Under the pieces are notes generated by a model. The model did not search any database. It was not told the origin of the DNA and saw only the letters and a list, made by a program, of their open reading frames with translations. From an uncultured bacterium (lineage in GTDB: Bacteria; Eisenbacteria; RBG-16-71-46; JABDJR01; JAWXBZ01): a stretch of 64,000 bases of DNA. A program made the position numbers and the translations under genes. Of the stretch, positions 47,672 to 58,056 are shown piece after piece. The stretch is from NCBI GenBank assembly GCA_964596775.1, contig CAZQVN010000002.1:156296-220295 (forward strand), given 5' to 3'. The first letter of the stretch is position 1, and each line of letters opens with the position of its first letter.

Positions 47672-47795
47672 GTCGCCGACGTGATTTCAGCGGGGCGGCC
47701 GCCGTGCCATCGGCGGTTCGCCGCCGTGTGCCGGCCAGCCGCCGGCAGGATCACTTGCATGACTTGAAATTCGGAACAAGAAAAGAGAGGTTGTT

Positions 47796-50087
47796 TTGCC
47801 GAAACTCCGGGTGTATCAGATAGCCAGGGACTTTCAGATTTCCAGCGAGGCTCTGCTGGAAATACTTCGCGGGCTCAATGTGGAAGTCAAAAGCCACATG
47901 AGCACGGTGGACGACTCGATCATCGAGCAGGTCCGCACGAAGTTCCACAAGGAGCAGGAAGCCGCCAAGGCTGAGGACGCTCGGAAGCAGCAGGTCAAGA
48001 TCCAGGCAGAACGCCAGGCCCGGGAAAAGTCCCGGCCCCGGACGCCTTCCTCGCCTCCCCAGTCGGCCGCGGGAGTGTCCGATGCGCGCAGGAGCCCGGG
48101 AACGCTGGCGCCCAGCGCGCCGCGTCCCGCACAGGCGTCCGCCGCCCCGGCTGCCGGAGCCCCGTCGCAGGGAAGCGCCCCCCGTCGCAAGGACCGGAAG
48201 AAGAAGAAGCCGGTCGACGACCGCCAGGTTCGCGACAGCGTCAAGAAGACGCTGGCCACCATGGAAACCGGCGGTCGAAAGCCGAAGCGCCGGAGGGAAC
48301 GGGAAGACGGCTCGGTGGCCACGGAAGAAGAAAAGGTCATCCGGGTCAGCGAGTTCATCACCGTCAGCGAACTCGCGGACAACCTCGAAGTGAAACCGAC
48401 CGAGGTGATCACCGCCTGCATGCGCCTCGGCATCATGGCCACCCTGAATCATCGCCTCGACAAGACGGGCATAGAGGCCGTGGCGGATGAGTTCGGATAC
48501 ACCGTCGACTTCATCAATGAAGAGGACGAGGAACTCCAGAAGCTGGAAGAGGAGTTCGCCGGCGGCGAAAAGGTGGCGCGCCCCCCTGTGGTCACGATCA
48601 TGGGGCACGTCGACCACGGCAAGACCTCACTGCTCGACTACATCCGGAGCACGACCGTTGTCGCCGGTGAAGTCGGGGGGATTACGCAGCACATCGGAGC
48701 CTACGAAGTTTCGCTTCCCAGCGGCGCCAAGGTCACGTTCCTGGATACACCGGGTCACGAGGCGTTTACCGCCATGCGTGCCCGCGGTGCGCAGGCCACG
48801 GATATCGTCGTTCTCGTCGTGGCGGCGGACAGCCGGGTCATGCCGCAGACCGTGGAAGCCATCGATCATGCCCGCGCGGCGAACGTTCCGATCATCGTGG
48901 CGATCAACAAGATCGATCTCCCCGAGGCCAAGCCCGATCTGATCAAGGGCGAACTGGCCAAGTACAACCTCGTCATCGAGGAGTACGGCGGCAAGAACGT
49001 CTGCGTCGAGATATCCGCCAAGAAGGGAACCGGGGTCGGCCAGCTGCTCGAGATGATCCTGATCCAGGCGGAACTCCTCGAGCTCAAGGCAAATCCGGAT
49101 CGCCCCGCACAGGGCGTGGTCATCGAGTCCAAGGTCGAACAGGGGCGCGGAACCGTCGGTACCGTGCTTGTCCAGGACGGCACCCTGGAAGTCGGACAGC
49201 CGTTCGTGTGCGGAAGCCATTTCGGCAAGGTGCGTGCCATGGCCGACGAGCGGGGACAGCGCGTGGACAAGGCGGGCCCGTCGACACCGGTCGAGGTTCT
49301 CGGCTGGTCCGGCACTCCTCTGGCCGGAGACATCTTCTCGGTCAAGTCCTCGGAGCAGGTGGCTCGCGGCATCAGCCAGGAGCGCTCGATGCGTCAGCGC
49401 GAGGCGGCCCGTCGTCGCGTGGGCCGTCTCTCGCTTACGGACTTTTTCAGCCAGGTCCAGACGGGGGAAGCCTCGGAACTCCGTATCGTGCTCAAGGCCG
49501 ACGTGGCCGGATCCGTCGAAGTGCTGTCCGAGCAGCTGGAAAAGCTCAGCACCGAAGAGGTCAAGTGCGTCATTATTCACTCCGGTGTCGGACAGATCAC
49601 CGAGAACGACGTGAACCTGGCGGCGGCGTCCAATGCCATCGTAATCGGTTTCCACGTCCGGCCCGATCCGCGGGCCACCGACCTGGCCCGACGCGAAAAG
49701 GTCGAGATCCATCTCTACGAGATCATCTACGAGGTCACTCGACAGGTGAAGAGCGCCATGTCCGGCCTGCTGAAGCCCGACGAGGTCGAAAAGGTGACCG
49801 GTACCGCCGAGGTGCGGCAGGTCTTCCAGGTGTCCCGTACGGGAAACGTGGCCGGCTGCATGGTTCAGTCGGGAACGGTCTACCGCAATTCCAGAATTCG
49901 CCTGAGGAGAGACGGCGAAGTGCTGTTCGAAGGCAGGATCTCTTCCCTCAAGCGCTTCAAGGACGACGCGAAGGAAGTGGCACAGGGATTCGAGTGCGGA
50001 ATCTCGCTGGAAGGGCACAACGATATTCAGCCCGGCGATTCCCTCGAGGCCTACCAGATCGAGCAGATCGTCCGCGTCCTGGATTGA
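47796..50087 (+). CDS. infB: Translation initiation factor IF-2
   Basis: TTG 47796 preceded by [30 protein letters not shown]...basic/Ala-rich linker...G-domain [17 protein letters not shown]...DTPGHEAF...NKIDL. Confidence 0.9.
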   Translation: MPKLRVYQIARDFQISSEALLEILRGLNVEVKSHMSTVDDSIIEQVRTKFHKEQEAAKAEDARKQQVKIQAERQAREKSRPRTPSSPPQSAAGVSDARRSPGTLAPSAPRPAQASAAPAAGAPSQGSAPRRKDRKKKKPVDDRQVRDSVKKTLATMETGGRKPKRRREREDGSVATEEEKVIRVSEFITVSELADNLEVKPTEVITACMRLGIMATLNHRLDKTGIEAVADEFGYTVDFINEEDEELQKLEEEFAGGEKVARPPVVTIMGHVDHGKTSLLDYIRSTTVVAGEVGGITQHIGAYEVSLPSGAKVTFLDTPGHEAFTAMRARGAQATDIVVLVVAADSRVMPQTVEAIDHARAANVPIIVAINKIDLPEAKPDLIKGELAKYNLVIEEYGGKNVCVEISAKKGTGVGQLLEMILIQAELLELKANPDRPAQGVVIESKVEQGRGTVGTVLVQDGTLEVGQPFVCGSHFGKVRAMADERGQRVDKAGPSTPVEVLGWSGTPLAGDIFSVKSSEQVARGISQERSMRQREAARRRVGRLSLTDFFSQVQTGEASELRIVLKADVAGSVEVLSEQLEKLSTEEVKCVIIHSGVGQITENDVNLAAASNAIVIGFHVRPDPRATDLARREKVEIHLYEIIYEVTRQVKSAMSGLLKPDEVEKVTGTAEVRQVFQVSRTGNVAGCMVQSGTVYRNSRIRLRRDGEVLFEGRISSLKRFKDDAKEVAQGFECGISLEGHNDIQPGDSLEAYQIEQIVRVLD

Positions 50088-50097
50088 GGCGTCGTCG

Positions 50098-50394
50098 ATG
50101 TCCATGTTCCTGGGCATCGTCACCATGGAAGTCTTCATTCCGCACAGTCAATCCCTCAAGGCCCGGAGATCCGTCGTGAACGGCATCAAGGCCAGGCTGA
50201 AGCAATTGAACGCGTCGGTCGCGGAAATCGGCGAGCTGGACCTCTGGCAGCGCTCGACCCTCGGAGTGGCGATGATCGCCAACGAACCCGGATTTCTCGA
50301 GAGGGCCGTCCAGGAAGTCCGCGAGATCGTCGAGCGGGACCATCGTGCCCAGGTCGTGGCTTTCGACTGGGATGTTTCCCCCGTGCAGGAGTGA
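50098..50394 (+). CDS. DUF503 (YlxP-like) protein
   Basis: 98 aa between infB and rbfA, the conserved position. ...SLKARRSVVNGIKARLKQLNASVAEIGELDLWQRSTLGVAMIAN... Confidence 0.65.
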   Translation: MSMFLGIVTMEVFIPHSQSLKARRSVVNGIKARLKQLNASVAEIGELDLWQRSTLGVAMIANEPGFLERAVQEVREIVERDHRAQVVAFDWDVSPVQE

Positions 50395-50398
50395 GGTC

Positions 50399-50773
50399 AT
50401 GAGTCCCAACCCGCGATCATTGCGCATGGCCGACCAGATACAGAGCGAGATCAGCGATATCCTGAGGAACAAGCTCAGGGATCCCCGCAAGGGGTTCATC
50501 ACGATAACGGCCGTTGAGGTCACCTCCGACCTGCGGTCGGCAAAGGTCTTCGTTTCTGCGCTGGGCGATGAAGAGGAACTCGACAAGGCCGTGGAACTGC
50601 TGACCCATGCCCGGGGATTCATCCGATCGGAACTGGGGTCGAGAATCCGCGCGCGGATCATACCCGAGATTTTTTTCAAACCCGACAATTCCGCCGCGCG
50701 AGGGGTTCGCATCGAGAAGATCCTTGGAGACATCAAGGACGGGCGGACCGACGGGGACGACGAGGATCCCTGA
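50399..50773 (+). CDS. rbfA: Ribosome-binding factor A
   Basis: ATG 50399 (GGAGTGAGG upstream). RSLRMADQIQSEISDILRNKLRDPRKGFITITAVEVTSDLRSAKVFVSALGDE... Confidence 0.8.
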   Translation: MSPNPRSLRMADQIQSEISDILRNKLRDPRKGFITITAVEVTSDLRSAKVFVSALGDEEELDKAVELLTHARGFIRSELGSRIRARIIPEIFFKPDNSAARGVRIEKILGDIKDGRTDGDDEDP

Positions 50774-50792
50774 TGCGTCCCACCGCCGGACC

Positions 50793-51713
50793 ATGAGCGG
50801 GCGGCCCGCCGGATTCGACGGCGCGATTCTCCTTCGCAAACCCGCCGGTGTGACGTCCCGGCACGTCGTGAACCAGGTGGTTGACGCCCTTGGCCGTCGC
50901 GACATCGGCCATGCGGGAACCCTGGACCCTTTCGCCACCGGGTTGCTTCTGGTCGTCGTGGGGCGTGCAACGAAGCTCGTACCGTTTCTGCACGACTGGA
51001 CGAAGGAGTACCGTGCCGTTGCCAGGCTTGGGGAAGCGACCGACACGCTCGATGCGACGGGCAAGGTCACGTCCACGGCGCCGATCCCACCGGATACGGC
51101 CGACCGCCTCCGTGATGCGGCGGATTCGCTCGTCGGACCCCAGTTGCAGGTGCCCCCGATGTTCTCCGCGGCGCGGGTCGGCGGGGTCCGCCTGCACACT
51201 CTTGCGCGAAGCGGTGCCAGCGTGGAGAGAAAGCCCCGCCGGATCGTCGTTCACGAAATGGAGATCGCCTCGTTCCACCCACCAATGGTCGAATTTCGCG
51301 TTGTCTGCTCGTCGGGAACTTATGTGCGCGTTCTCGCCGAGTCGCTGGGGGAGCGCCTCGGTGTTCCGGCTCACCTGGAATCGCTGACGCGCACTGCGAT
51401 CGGACCTCACGAGCAATCCAGTGCCATGGATGCGGAGGAACTGGATCCGGATTCGGGGCCGAAAGGCGCCTGGATTCCCCTGGCCGAAGTGTTGTCGGAC
51501 TGGCCCATCTGGTCGCCCGGTGGAGCGGACGCGCGGGAAATCCGGAACGGTCGAGTCCCGGCCTCCTTCGTGGACGAGGTTCGGCCCGACTCTTACCCTT
51601 TTCGGTGCCGGGTGGTCTCTTCGGAAGGCGACTTGATGGCGCTTGTTGAACGCCAGGCGCCCCTGACCCCGCCCGAGTTCCTTCGCGGATTCATCCGGAG
51701 CGAATCCCCATGA
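50793..51713 (+). CDS. truB: tRNA pseudouridine(55) synthase
   Basis: GAILLRKPAGVTSRHVVNQVVDALGRRDIGHAGTLDPFATGLLLVVVGRATKL (catalytic Asp in HAGTLDP). Confidence 0.85.
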   Translation: MSGRPAGFDGAILLRKPAGVTSRHVVNQVVDALGRRDIGHAGTLDPFATGLLLVVVGRATKLVPFLHDWTKEYRAVARLGEATDTLDATGKVTSTAPIPPDTADRLRDAADSLVGPQLQVPPMFSAARVGGVRLHTLARSGASVERKPRRIVVHEMEIASFHPPMVEFRVVCSSGTYVRVLAESLGERLGVPAHLESLTRTAIGPHEQSSAMDAEELDPDSGPKGAWIPLAEVLSDWPIWSPGGADAREIRNGRVPASFVDEVRPDSYPFRCRVVSSEGDLMALVERQAPLTPPEFLRGFIRSESP

Positions 51714-52681
51714 ATCGTCCCGGGGTTGCGGCCACCATAGGTGTTTTCGACGGGGTCCATCGGGGACATGCGGCACTCGTCGGCGCAACACTTCTGAAGG
51801 CTGCGCAGATCGAAGGGGATGCCGTGGCTTTTACGTTCGATCCGCATCCGGCGCGGATTCTTGCGCACGATCAACTGGCTCCGCCCCTTCTCATGCCGCC
51901 CCCGGAAAGGGAGTGCCGCCTCCTGGGACTCGGGCTGAACAGGGTCCGTTTTCTTCGGTTCGATCGGGCCATGGCGGATCTTGAGCCCCGGGACTTCATC
52001 GCGCGTCACATTCAATCGGGCGAATCCGTGCGTCATCTGGTCATCGGTCATGACTTCGCCCTCGGAAAGGGAAGATCCGGAACGCCGGAACGCCTTGGTG
52101 CGATTGGGGTTGATCTGGGCTTCCAGGTCACCGTTGTTCCGGCCGTACTGCACGAGGGTGAGCCTGTTTCCAGCACGAGGATCCGGCGCGCGATCGCCGA
52201 AGCCGATTTCGATCTCGCCCGCGAACTTCTGGGCCACCCGTTCCAGGTATCGGGCCGTGTCGTCAGGGGCGATGCCCGGGGCCGGGTCCTGGGGTTCCCG
52301 ACCGCCAATCTGCCGGTCCCGGGCGAGTTGATGATGCCTCCGTTCGGTGTGTATGCCGGAAGGGTCGAGATCGGGCGCCTGGACGCGGTCGCGGCTCCCG
52401 GGCACGAGGGGAACGCATCCCCGCCTTCAGGATATCCGGCGGTCATGAATTTCGGCGTCCGGCCGACATTTGGTGGGGGACACCCGGTCCTGGAAGTACA
52501 CCTGATCGGCTTTGGCGGCGAGCTCCTGGGCGCGGATCTGCGAGTGTCCATCGCGGGCCGGATTCGCCGCGAAATGAAATTCGAGGGCCCGGACGCCCTC
52601 GTGGACCGGATCAGGCTGGATATTCAGGCCGCGACTGCCCTTCTTGGCAGTCTTCCCGAGGGGGACGGGGAGGCAACTTAG
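51710..52681 (+). CDS. ribF: Bifunctional riboflavin kinase / FAD synthetase
   Basis: [17 protein letters not shown] (HxGH)...C-terminal riboflavin kinase ...GFPTANL...E-H-LIGFGG. Confidence 0.85.
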   Translation: MNRPGVAATIGVFDGVHRGHAALVGATLLKAAQIEGDAVAFTFDPHPARILAHDQLAPPLLMPPPERECRLLGLGLNRVRFLRFDRAMADLEPRDFIARHIQSGESVRHLVIGHDFALGKGRSGTPERLGAIGVDLGFQVTVVPAVLHEGEPVSSTRIRRAIAEADFDLARELLGHPFQVSGRVVRGDARGRVLGFPTANLPVPGELMMPPFGVYAGRVEIGRLDAVAAPGHEGNASPPSGYPAVMNFGVRPTFGGGHPVLEVHLIGFGGELLGADLRVSIAGRIRREMKFEGPDALVDRIRLDIQAATALLGSLPEGDGEAT

Positions 52682-52684
52682 GCC

Positions 52685-52712
52685 TTGACTCGGGAGATTC
52701 GCATGCTAAGCT
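52685..52712 (+). promoter_or_regulatory. Sigma70-like promoter candidate TTGACT-N16-TAAGCT upstream of rpsO
   Basis: CCTTGACTCGGGA...TAAGCT. The 13-nt -35 block is identical to the one at 59006..59018. An S15 leader of about 110 nt follows. Confidence 0.4.
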
Positions 52713-52827
52713 CCCGTGGGTTTTTGTATGGTTTGCAGTTTGCTCGAACCGCCAGGACTCGCGGTGTCTTCCATCACTGGCCCCCAACCCGGGGTGGAGG
52801 AGTAGAACTCGATGGGGAGGAACAGAC

Positions 52828-53097
52828 ATGACCTTAAGCAAGGATCAGAAGCAGGGCATCATCGGTACGTTTCGTCTGCATGACAGCGATTCCGGTTCCC
52901 CGGAAGTCCAGATCGCCCTGCTGACGGAGAAGATCAAGTACCTGACCGAGCACTTCAAGATTCACAAGACCGACCACCACTCACGGCGCGGCCTGCTGCG
53001 CATGGTTGGCCAGCGTCGGCGACTTCTGGATTACCTCAAGGCCACGAAGATCGAGCGTTACCGCGCCATCGTCAAGGAACTCGGTCTCAGAAAGTAA
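52828..53097 (+). CDS. rpsO: 30S ribosomal protein S15
   Basis: [70 protein letters not shown]. Confidence 0.9.
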   Translation: MTLSKDQKQGIIGTFRLHDSDSGSPEVQIALLTEKIKYLTEHFKIHKTDHHSRRGLLRMVGQRRRLLDYLKATKIERYRAIVKELGLRK

Positions 53098-53184
53098 ACG
53101 TTTCTCAGTCCCGATGTCGGCGGGGCCAGCCGCTTGTGCGGTCCGGCCGGTCGGGCGTTGTTTGTTTTTCGGAGGAAGCATTTG

Positions 53185-55278
53185 ATGTCAGACAATTTCG
53201 CGATGGACGTCGCTGGCAGAACCCTCTCATTCGAGACCGGCCGTGTTGCAAAGCTGGCCGCGGGTTCGGCCTGGGTCCGTTACGCAGATACGGTGGTTCT
53301 GGCGGCATTCGTCGCCGAAAAGGAAGCGCGCGCGGAAAGGGATTTCTTCCCGCTGACGGTGGATTATCGGGAGAAGATGTTCGCCGCCGGACGAATTCCG
53401 GGCGGGTTTTTCAAGCGCGAAGGTCGACCGACTGAAAAGGAAATCCTGTCCTGCCGCTTGACGGATCGTGCGATCCGACCGTTGTTCGACAAGGATTTCA
53501 TGGCCGAGGTTCAGGTGCATCTGAGCGTCCTGTCACACGACGGGGAGAACGACTCGGACATCGTGGCATTGAACGCCGCTTCACTGGCGATCAACCTGTC
53601 CGATGTCCCGTTCCCGGGCCCGCTGGCGGCCGTGCGCATCGGAAAGATCGACGGGGTTCTGCAGGTCAACCCGAAGATATCCGAACTCGAGAACACGACC
53701 ATCAACTTGACGGTCGCTGGAACAAAAGACTCGATCCTCATGGTCGAGGCCGGAGCCAATCAGGTTTCCGAAACCGAAATGCTGGAGGCCCTGACCCTGG
53801 CTCACCAGGAAATCGGAAAGATCTGCGACCTTCAGCAGAAGGTCATCGACGCGCACGGCAAGCCGAAGCGCGAAATTGTCCGCAAGGTGATGAATCCTGA
53901 ACTCGAGGCCGAAGTCATCAAGCGCTACAAGGACGCGATCCATGAAGCGAACGGGCACAAGGAGAAGGACGCCCGCGAAAACGCCATGGACAAGGTCAAG
54001 AAGACGGCGGTCGCGGACCTGGCCGAGGTCTTTCCGGACATGGAATCGGACATCAAGAAGGTCATCGCTTCCATCGAGAAGAAGGATCTTCGTGACGCCA
54101 TCCTGAACGAGGGCCGGCGTGCCGACGGTCGCGGCGTGCGTGACATTCGTGCCATTACCTGCGAAATCGGAGTCCTGCCGCGCACCCATGGGTCCGCCAT
54201 CTTCACCCGCGGCCAGACTCAGGCGCTCGTAGTCACCACGCTCGGAACGACTGCCGACGAGCAGAAGATGGACAACATGGAAGGGGAGTCGTGGAAGAGC
54301 TACATGCTTCACTACAATTTCCCGTCCTATTCCGTCGGTGAAGTGCGCCGCATTTCCGGCCCCGGTCGCCGCGAAATCGGCCATGGCAAGCTGGCGGAGC
54401 GCGCCCTTGAACCGGTCATTCCGGCCGAGGAGCATTTTCCGTACACGGTGCGCGTCGTTTCCGACATCCTCGAGTCCAACGGGTCCTCTTCGATGGCCTC
54501 CGTCTGCGGCGGCTCGCTGTCGCTCATGGACGCCGGCGTTCCGATCCAGGCTCCCGTTTCCGGCGTGGCCATGGGGCTGATCAAGGACGGCGACCGCGTC
54601 GCGATTCTCTCCGATATCCTCGGGGTCGAGGACCATCTCGGCGACATGGATTTCAAGGTCACCGGCACCGCCAAGGGGATCACCGCCCTGCAGATGGATA
54701 TAAAGATCAAGGGGCTCAGCTTCGACATCCTGACCAGCGCCCTGGAACAGGCCCGCGAAGGACGGCTTCACATCCTCAACGAAATGGCCAAGGCCATTTC
54801 CGCCCCCCGCAAGACGCTGTCCGAGCATGCGCCGCGCATCACGATCCTCAAGATCAATCCCGACCGGATCCGCGATGTCATCGGGCCCGGAGGCAAGATG
54901 ATCCGTCGCATCCAGGAGGAAACCGGAGCAATCATCGACATCGAGGACGACGGAACCGTCAAGGTTGCCGCCAAGGACGCCGTCGCGGGAGAACGCGCGA
55001 TCCAGATCGTCCGGGGGCTGACCGAAGATCCCGAAGTCGGCCGTGTCTACGAGGGGACGGTGCGTCGCATCGTCAATTTCGGCGCTTTCGTCGAGATCCT
55101 TCCGAATCGCGACGGCCTTGTTCACATTTCCGAACTCGATACGAAGCGGGTGGCCAAGGTCGAGGACATTCTCAAGGAAGGGGATGTCATCAAGGTAAAG
55201 GTCATCGGCATTGACCAGGAAGGCAAGGTCAAGCTGAGCCGGAAGGCCGTGCTCATGGAGTCGGAGGCTGTTTCATAG
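53185..55278 (+). CDS. pnp: Polyribonucleotide nucleotidyltransferase (PNPase)
   Basis: ATG 53185 preceded by GGAGGAAG. Two RNase PH domains, KH (ITILKINPDRIRDVIGPGGKMIR) and S1 (GRVYEGTVRRIVNFGAFVEI) domains. Confidence 0.9.
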   Translation: MSDNFAMDVAGRTLSFETGRVAKLAAGSAWVRYADTVVLAAFVAEKEARAERDFFPLTVDYREKMFAAGRIPGGFFKREGRPTEKEILSCRLTDRAIRPLFDKDFMAEVQVHLSVLSHDGENDSDIVALNAASLAINLSDVPFPGPLAAVRIGKIDGVLQVNPKISELENTTINLTVAGTKDSILMVEAGANQVSETEMLEALTLAHQEIGKICDLQQKVIDAHGKPKREIVRKVMNPELEAEVIKRYKDAIHEANGHKEKDARENAMDKVKKTAVADLAEVFPDMESDIKKVIASIEKKDLRDAILNEGRRADGRGVRDIRAITCEIGVLPRTHGSAIFTRGQTQALVVTTLGTTADEQKMDNMEGESWKSYMLHYNFPSYSVGEVRRISGPGRREIGHGKLAERALEPVIPAEEHFPYTVRVVSDILESNGSSSMASVCGGSLSLMDAGVPIQAPVSGVAMGLIKDGDRVAILSDILGVEDHLGDMDFKVTGTAKGITALQMDIKIKGLSFDILTSALEQAREGRLHILNEMAKAISAPRKTLSEHAPRITILKINPDRIRDVIGPGGKMIRRIQEETGAIIDIEDDGTVKVAAKDAVAGERAIQIVRGLTEDPEVGRVYEGTVRRIVNFGAFVEILPNRDGLVHISELDTKRVAKVEDILKEGDVIKVKVIGIDQEGKVKLSRKAVLMESEAVS

Positions 55279-55348
55279 TCCGAGTCCCCATTCCCCCTGT
55301 TGACGGGGGATCCCTGAACAGGATTCCAGAGATTTTTCCCTAATGATG

Positions 55349-55380
55349 CCGGGGCGCGTGACAAGCGCCCCGGCGTTTTG
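55349..55380 (+). terminator. Rho-independent terminator after pnp
   Basis: GCCGGGGCGC gtgacaa GCGCCCCGGC followed by GTTTT (10-bp GC stem, 7-nt loop, U-tract). Confidence 0.55.
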
Positions 55381-55389
55381 GTCACTGAA

Positions 55390-56673
55390 ATGAAAACCGA
55401 AAGCAGAATTCATCAGTGTGTCCTCGGCAATGGTGCAACATTCATCGGTGAGCCGGTGCCCGGCGCCCGGTCCCTAGCGATCGGCGTCTGGCTGAAGGCC
55501 GGTTCACGCGACGAAAGGCCCGAAGAGGACGGAATCGCCCACTTTGTCGAACACATGGCCTTCAAGGGCACCCGCCGGCGCAATGCCCTGGAAATTGCTC
55601 GAAGTCTCGAGGCCGTTGGCGGCAGCCTGGATGCGTTCACGGGCAGGGAGTCCACGTGCTACAGCGCGAGGGTTCTTTCGGAGAGTCTCCCGCTCGCCGT
55701 TGACGTCATCTGCGACCTCGTCAGCGATCCGCTGTTCCCGGATGATCAACTGGACCGTGAAAAGGCAGTCGTGCTGGAGGAAATCAGGGGACTGGAGGAT
55801 GCTCCCGAGGAACTGGTGCACGACTACGTGGCCGCCAGGCTCTGGAACGGGCACCCGCTGGCCGGAACGATTCTGGGAACGGAGTCTTCCGTGCGCGACT
55901 TCGATCGAGGTCTTGTCCGGGGATTCTACGACCGACTCTACCGGTCGCCTGGTGCGGTCGTCGCCGTCGCGGGGGGGTTCGAACCCGAGTCCACGGCGGA
56001 GATGATCTCGTCGAGGCTTCGACTTCCGAACGTTCCGCCGATTATCGACCGGACGACACCCGAGACGGCTCCTCCGGCGCTGGTGAATTACCAGCGCAGT
56101 GCGGCTCAGGAGTATCTCTGCCTTGCAACCCCGGCCCCCTCGTGTCTGGATGAAAGGCGGCACGCGCTGCAGGTTCTGAGCACGGTACTCGGCGGCGGAA
56201 TGTCCTCGCGCCTGTTTCAGTCGATCCGGGAGGAAGCGGCGCTGGCCTATTCCGTTTACAGCTACACTGACCTCTGTCACGATAGCGGCATTTTCTGTTC
56301 CTTTCTCGGCGTCAGTCCCGAGAACGCCGGCCAGGCGCTGGAGTCCACGTTTCGAGAGATGAAGAAGCTCCGGGAAGACGGTATCACCCGATCGGAACTC
56401 GACTCGGCCAAGGCCCAGGTCAGGGGCGGTGCGCTGATGTCGCTGGAGTCCCTGTCCAGCCGCATGGGGCGACTGGCCCGGGGGCAGATCTATCACGGCC
56501 GGTATCAGCCGGTCGAAGACATGCTGGTCAACTACGATCGGCTGACGACAAGTTCGGTGATGGATCAGGCGGGCGAGTTTCTCGATCCGGACCGGTACAC
56601 GCTGGTGGCCTATGGCCCGACGCTCACATCCGAGTTGAATGTTCTCCCCTGGGGCATCACGATCGAAAAATGA
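55390..56673 (+). CDS. M16-family zinc peptidase (pitrilysin/insulinase-like)
   Basis: Inverted zinc motif HFVEHMAFKG (HxxEH)...AFTGRESTCY. Start ATG 55390 (TTG 55378 is the alternative). Confidence 0.7.
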   Translation: MKTESRIHQCVLGNGATFIGEPVPGARSLAIGVWLKAGSRDERPEEDGIAHFVEHMAFKGTRRRNALEIARSLEAVGGSLDAFTGRESTCYSARVLSESLPLAVDVICDLVSDPLFPDDQLDREKAVVLEEIRGLEDAPEELVHDYVAARLWNGHPLAGTILGTESSVRDFDRGLVRGFYDRLYRSPGAVVAVAGGFEPESTAEMISSRLRLPNVPPIIDRTTPETAPPALVNYQRSAAQEYLCLATPAPSCLDERRHALQVLSTVLGGGMSSRLFQSIREEAALAYSVYSYTDLCHDSGIFCSFLGVSPENAGQALESTFREMKKLREDGITRSELDSAKAQVRGGALMSLESLSSRMGRLARGQIYHGRYQPVEDMLVNYDRLTTSSVMDQAGEFLDPDRYTLVAYGPTLTSELNVLPWGITIEK

Positions 56674-56744
56674 GGCATGGATCCGGCGACGGAGCCTTCC
56701 GCGACCGGCATTCCTGGGCCCCGACTAACAAATGAGGGAGAAAA

Positions 56745-57185
56745 GTGGTTCGAATCGAGTACATGAAGCTCGGCCCGGGTGCCCGGGCGCCGGAGAGAAT
56801 GACGGAAGGAGCGGCCGGATACGATCTTCGAGCCTGTCTTGAGTCACCGGTGATCCTGCAACCTGGAAGGGCAACTCTCGTACCCACCGGTCTTGCCCTG
56901 GCCATCCCCGGCGGATTCGAAGGGCAGATCCGGCCTCGCAGCGGACTGGCTTTGAAACACGGGGTTACCCTGGCCAACAGTCCCGGAACGATCGACAGCG
57001 ACTATCGCGGCCCAGTCAACATCATCCTGGTCAATCATGGGGCCGAGCCCTTTCACGTCAACACCGGCGACCGGATCGCTCAGCTGGTCATTGCCCGGGT
57101 CGAGCCGGTCCGGTTCGAGGAAACGAATGAACTCGGCCGGACGGAGAGAGCCGAAGGCGGTTTTGGTCATACCGGCACATCGTGA
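56745..57185 (+). CDS. dut: dUTP diphosphatase
   Basis: GTG 56745 preceded by GAGGGAG. ...AAGYDLRA...RPRSGLALKHGVTLANSPGTIDSDYRG... Confidence 0.85.
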   Translation: MVRIEYMKLGPGARAPERMTEGAAGYDLRACLESPVILQPGRATLVPTGLALAIPGGFEGQIRPRSGLALKHGVTLANSPGTIDSDYRGPVNIILVNHGAEPFHVNTGDRIAQLVIARVEPVRFEETNELGRTERAEGGFGHTGTS

Positions 57186-57204
57186 CACCGGCATTGGAGG
57201 TTTC

Positions 57205-58056
57205 TTGAAACGTGAACGCCCGCGGCCCCTGGCCGTCATTGCCCTGCTGCTTCTCGGGAGCCTGTTCTGGCTCGGTTCCGGGTCCGAGGATTCGGATCCG
57301 GCCCTTCCGGAAGTCACGGCGACCGTCCTTGTTCCATTGCCCGATCCCGGGGATCACCTTCCTGTTTTCGGACCGGGCGAGGAGCTTACGTACGCCGTCA
57401 AGTACGGACCCATCAGGGCGGGCACGGCAACGCTCAGTGTCGTCGGTGTGGAATGGGCAAACGGCGGGCGCTGCTATCGGCTGAGGAGCAGGGTGGAATC
57501 CTCCCGTTTCTTCTCCACGTTTTTTCGCGTCGATGATTTGACCGAGAGCTGGATGGATGTCGATGGCCTGTTCAGCCGGAGGTTTGTCCGGCACATAGAG
57601 GAAGGGTCGTACAGAAAGAACGAAGCGGTTCAGATTTACGCGGATCGGAACATCGCCCGCTACTTTCCTTCCCAGGACACGGTGGCGGTTGTGCCGGGGG
57701 CGCAGGACATGCTGTCCATACTCTACTACGCCCGAGGACTCCGGTTGAACGTGGGACAGGGCGTTCTGATACCCAGTCACGTGGACCGGAAGAACACGGA
57801 GGTGGAGTTGCGTGTCCTCGGTCGAGAAACCGTGCGTGTTCCGGCCGGCGTCTTTTCCTGCGGCATCGTGGAACCTCTGCTCAAAACCGCCGGATTGTTC
57901 AAGCAGGAGGGACGGCTGACCCTGTGGGTGTCGGATGATGTCCACCGGGTGCCGGTGATCATGAAGAGCAAGGTCAAGGTCGGTTCGATCGTTGCGGTGC
58001 TTGAGTCCCACAAGAAGGGCGTTCCACTCGCTTCCGGTTCCGGCGGAAACCGATGA
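57205..58056 (+). CDS. Secreted DUF3108-like protein
   Basis: TTG 57205 preceded by GGAGG (4-nt spacer). Signal peptide MKRERPRPLAVIALLLLGSLFWLGSGS. GEELTYAVKYGPIRAGTATLSV...FFRVDD pattern reminiscent of DUF3108. The ORF-track N-terminal extension overlaps dut and is rejected. Confidence 0.45.
   Translation: MKRERPRPLAVIALLLLGSLFWLGSGSEDSDPALPEVTATVLVPLPDPGDHLPVFGPGEELTYAVKYGPIRAGTATLSVVGVEWANGGRCYRLRSRVESSRFFSTFFRVDDLTESWMDVDGLFSRRFVRHIEEGSYRKNEAVQIYADRNIARYFPSQDTVAVVPGAQDMLSILYYARGLRLNVGQGVLIPSHVDRKNTEVELRVLGRETVRVPAGVFSCGIVEPLLKTAGLFKQEGRLTLWVSDDVHRVPVIMKSKVKVGSIVAVLESHKKGVPLASGSGGNR

Noticed and set aside
53098-53184. rpsO-pnp intergenic region as a possible terminator or riboswitch
   Set aside because: It contains the palindrome CCGGCCGG and a TTGTTTGTTTTT tract, but I could not draw a convincing stable stem-loop. 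It probably corresponds to the known RNase III-processed pnp leader rather than a new element, so it is left unannotated.
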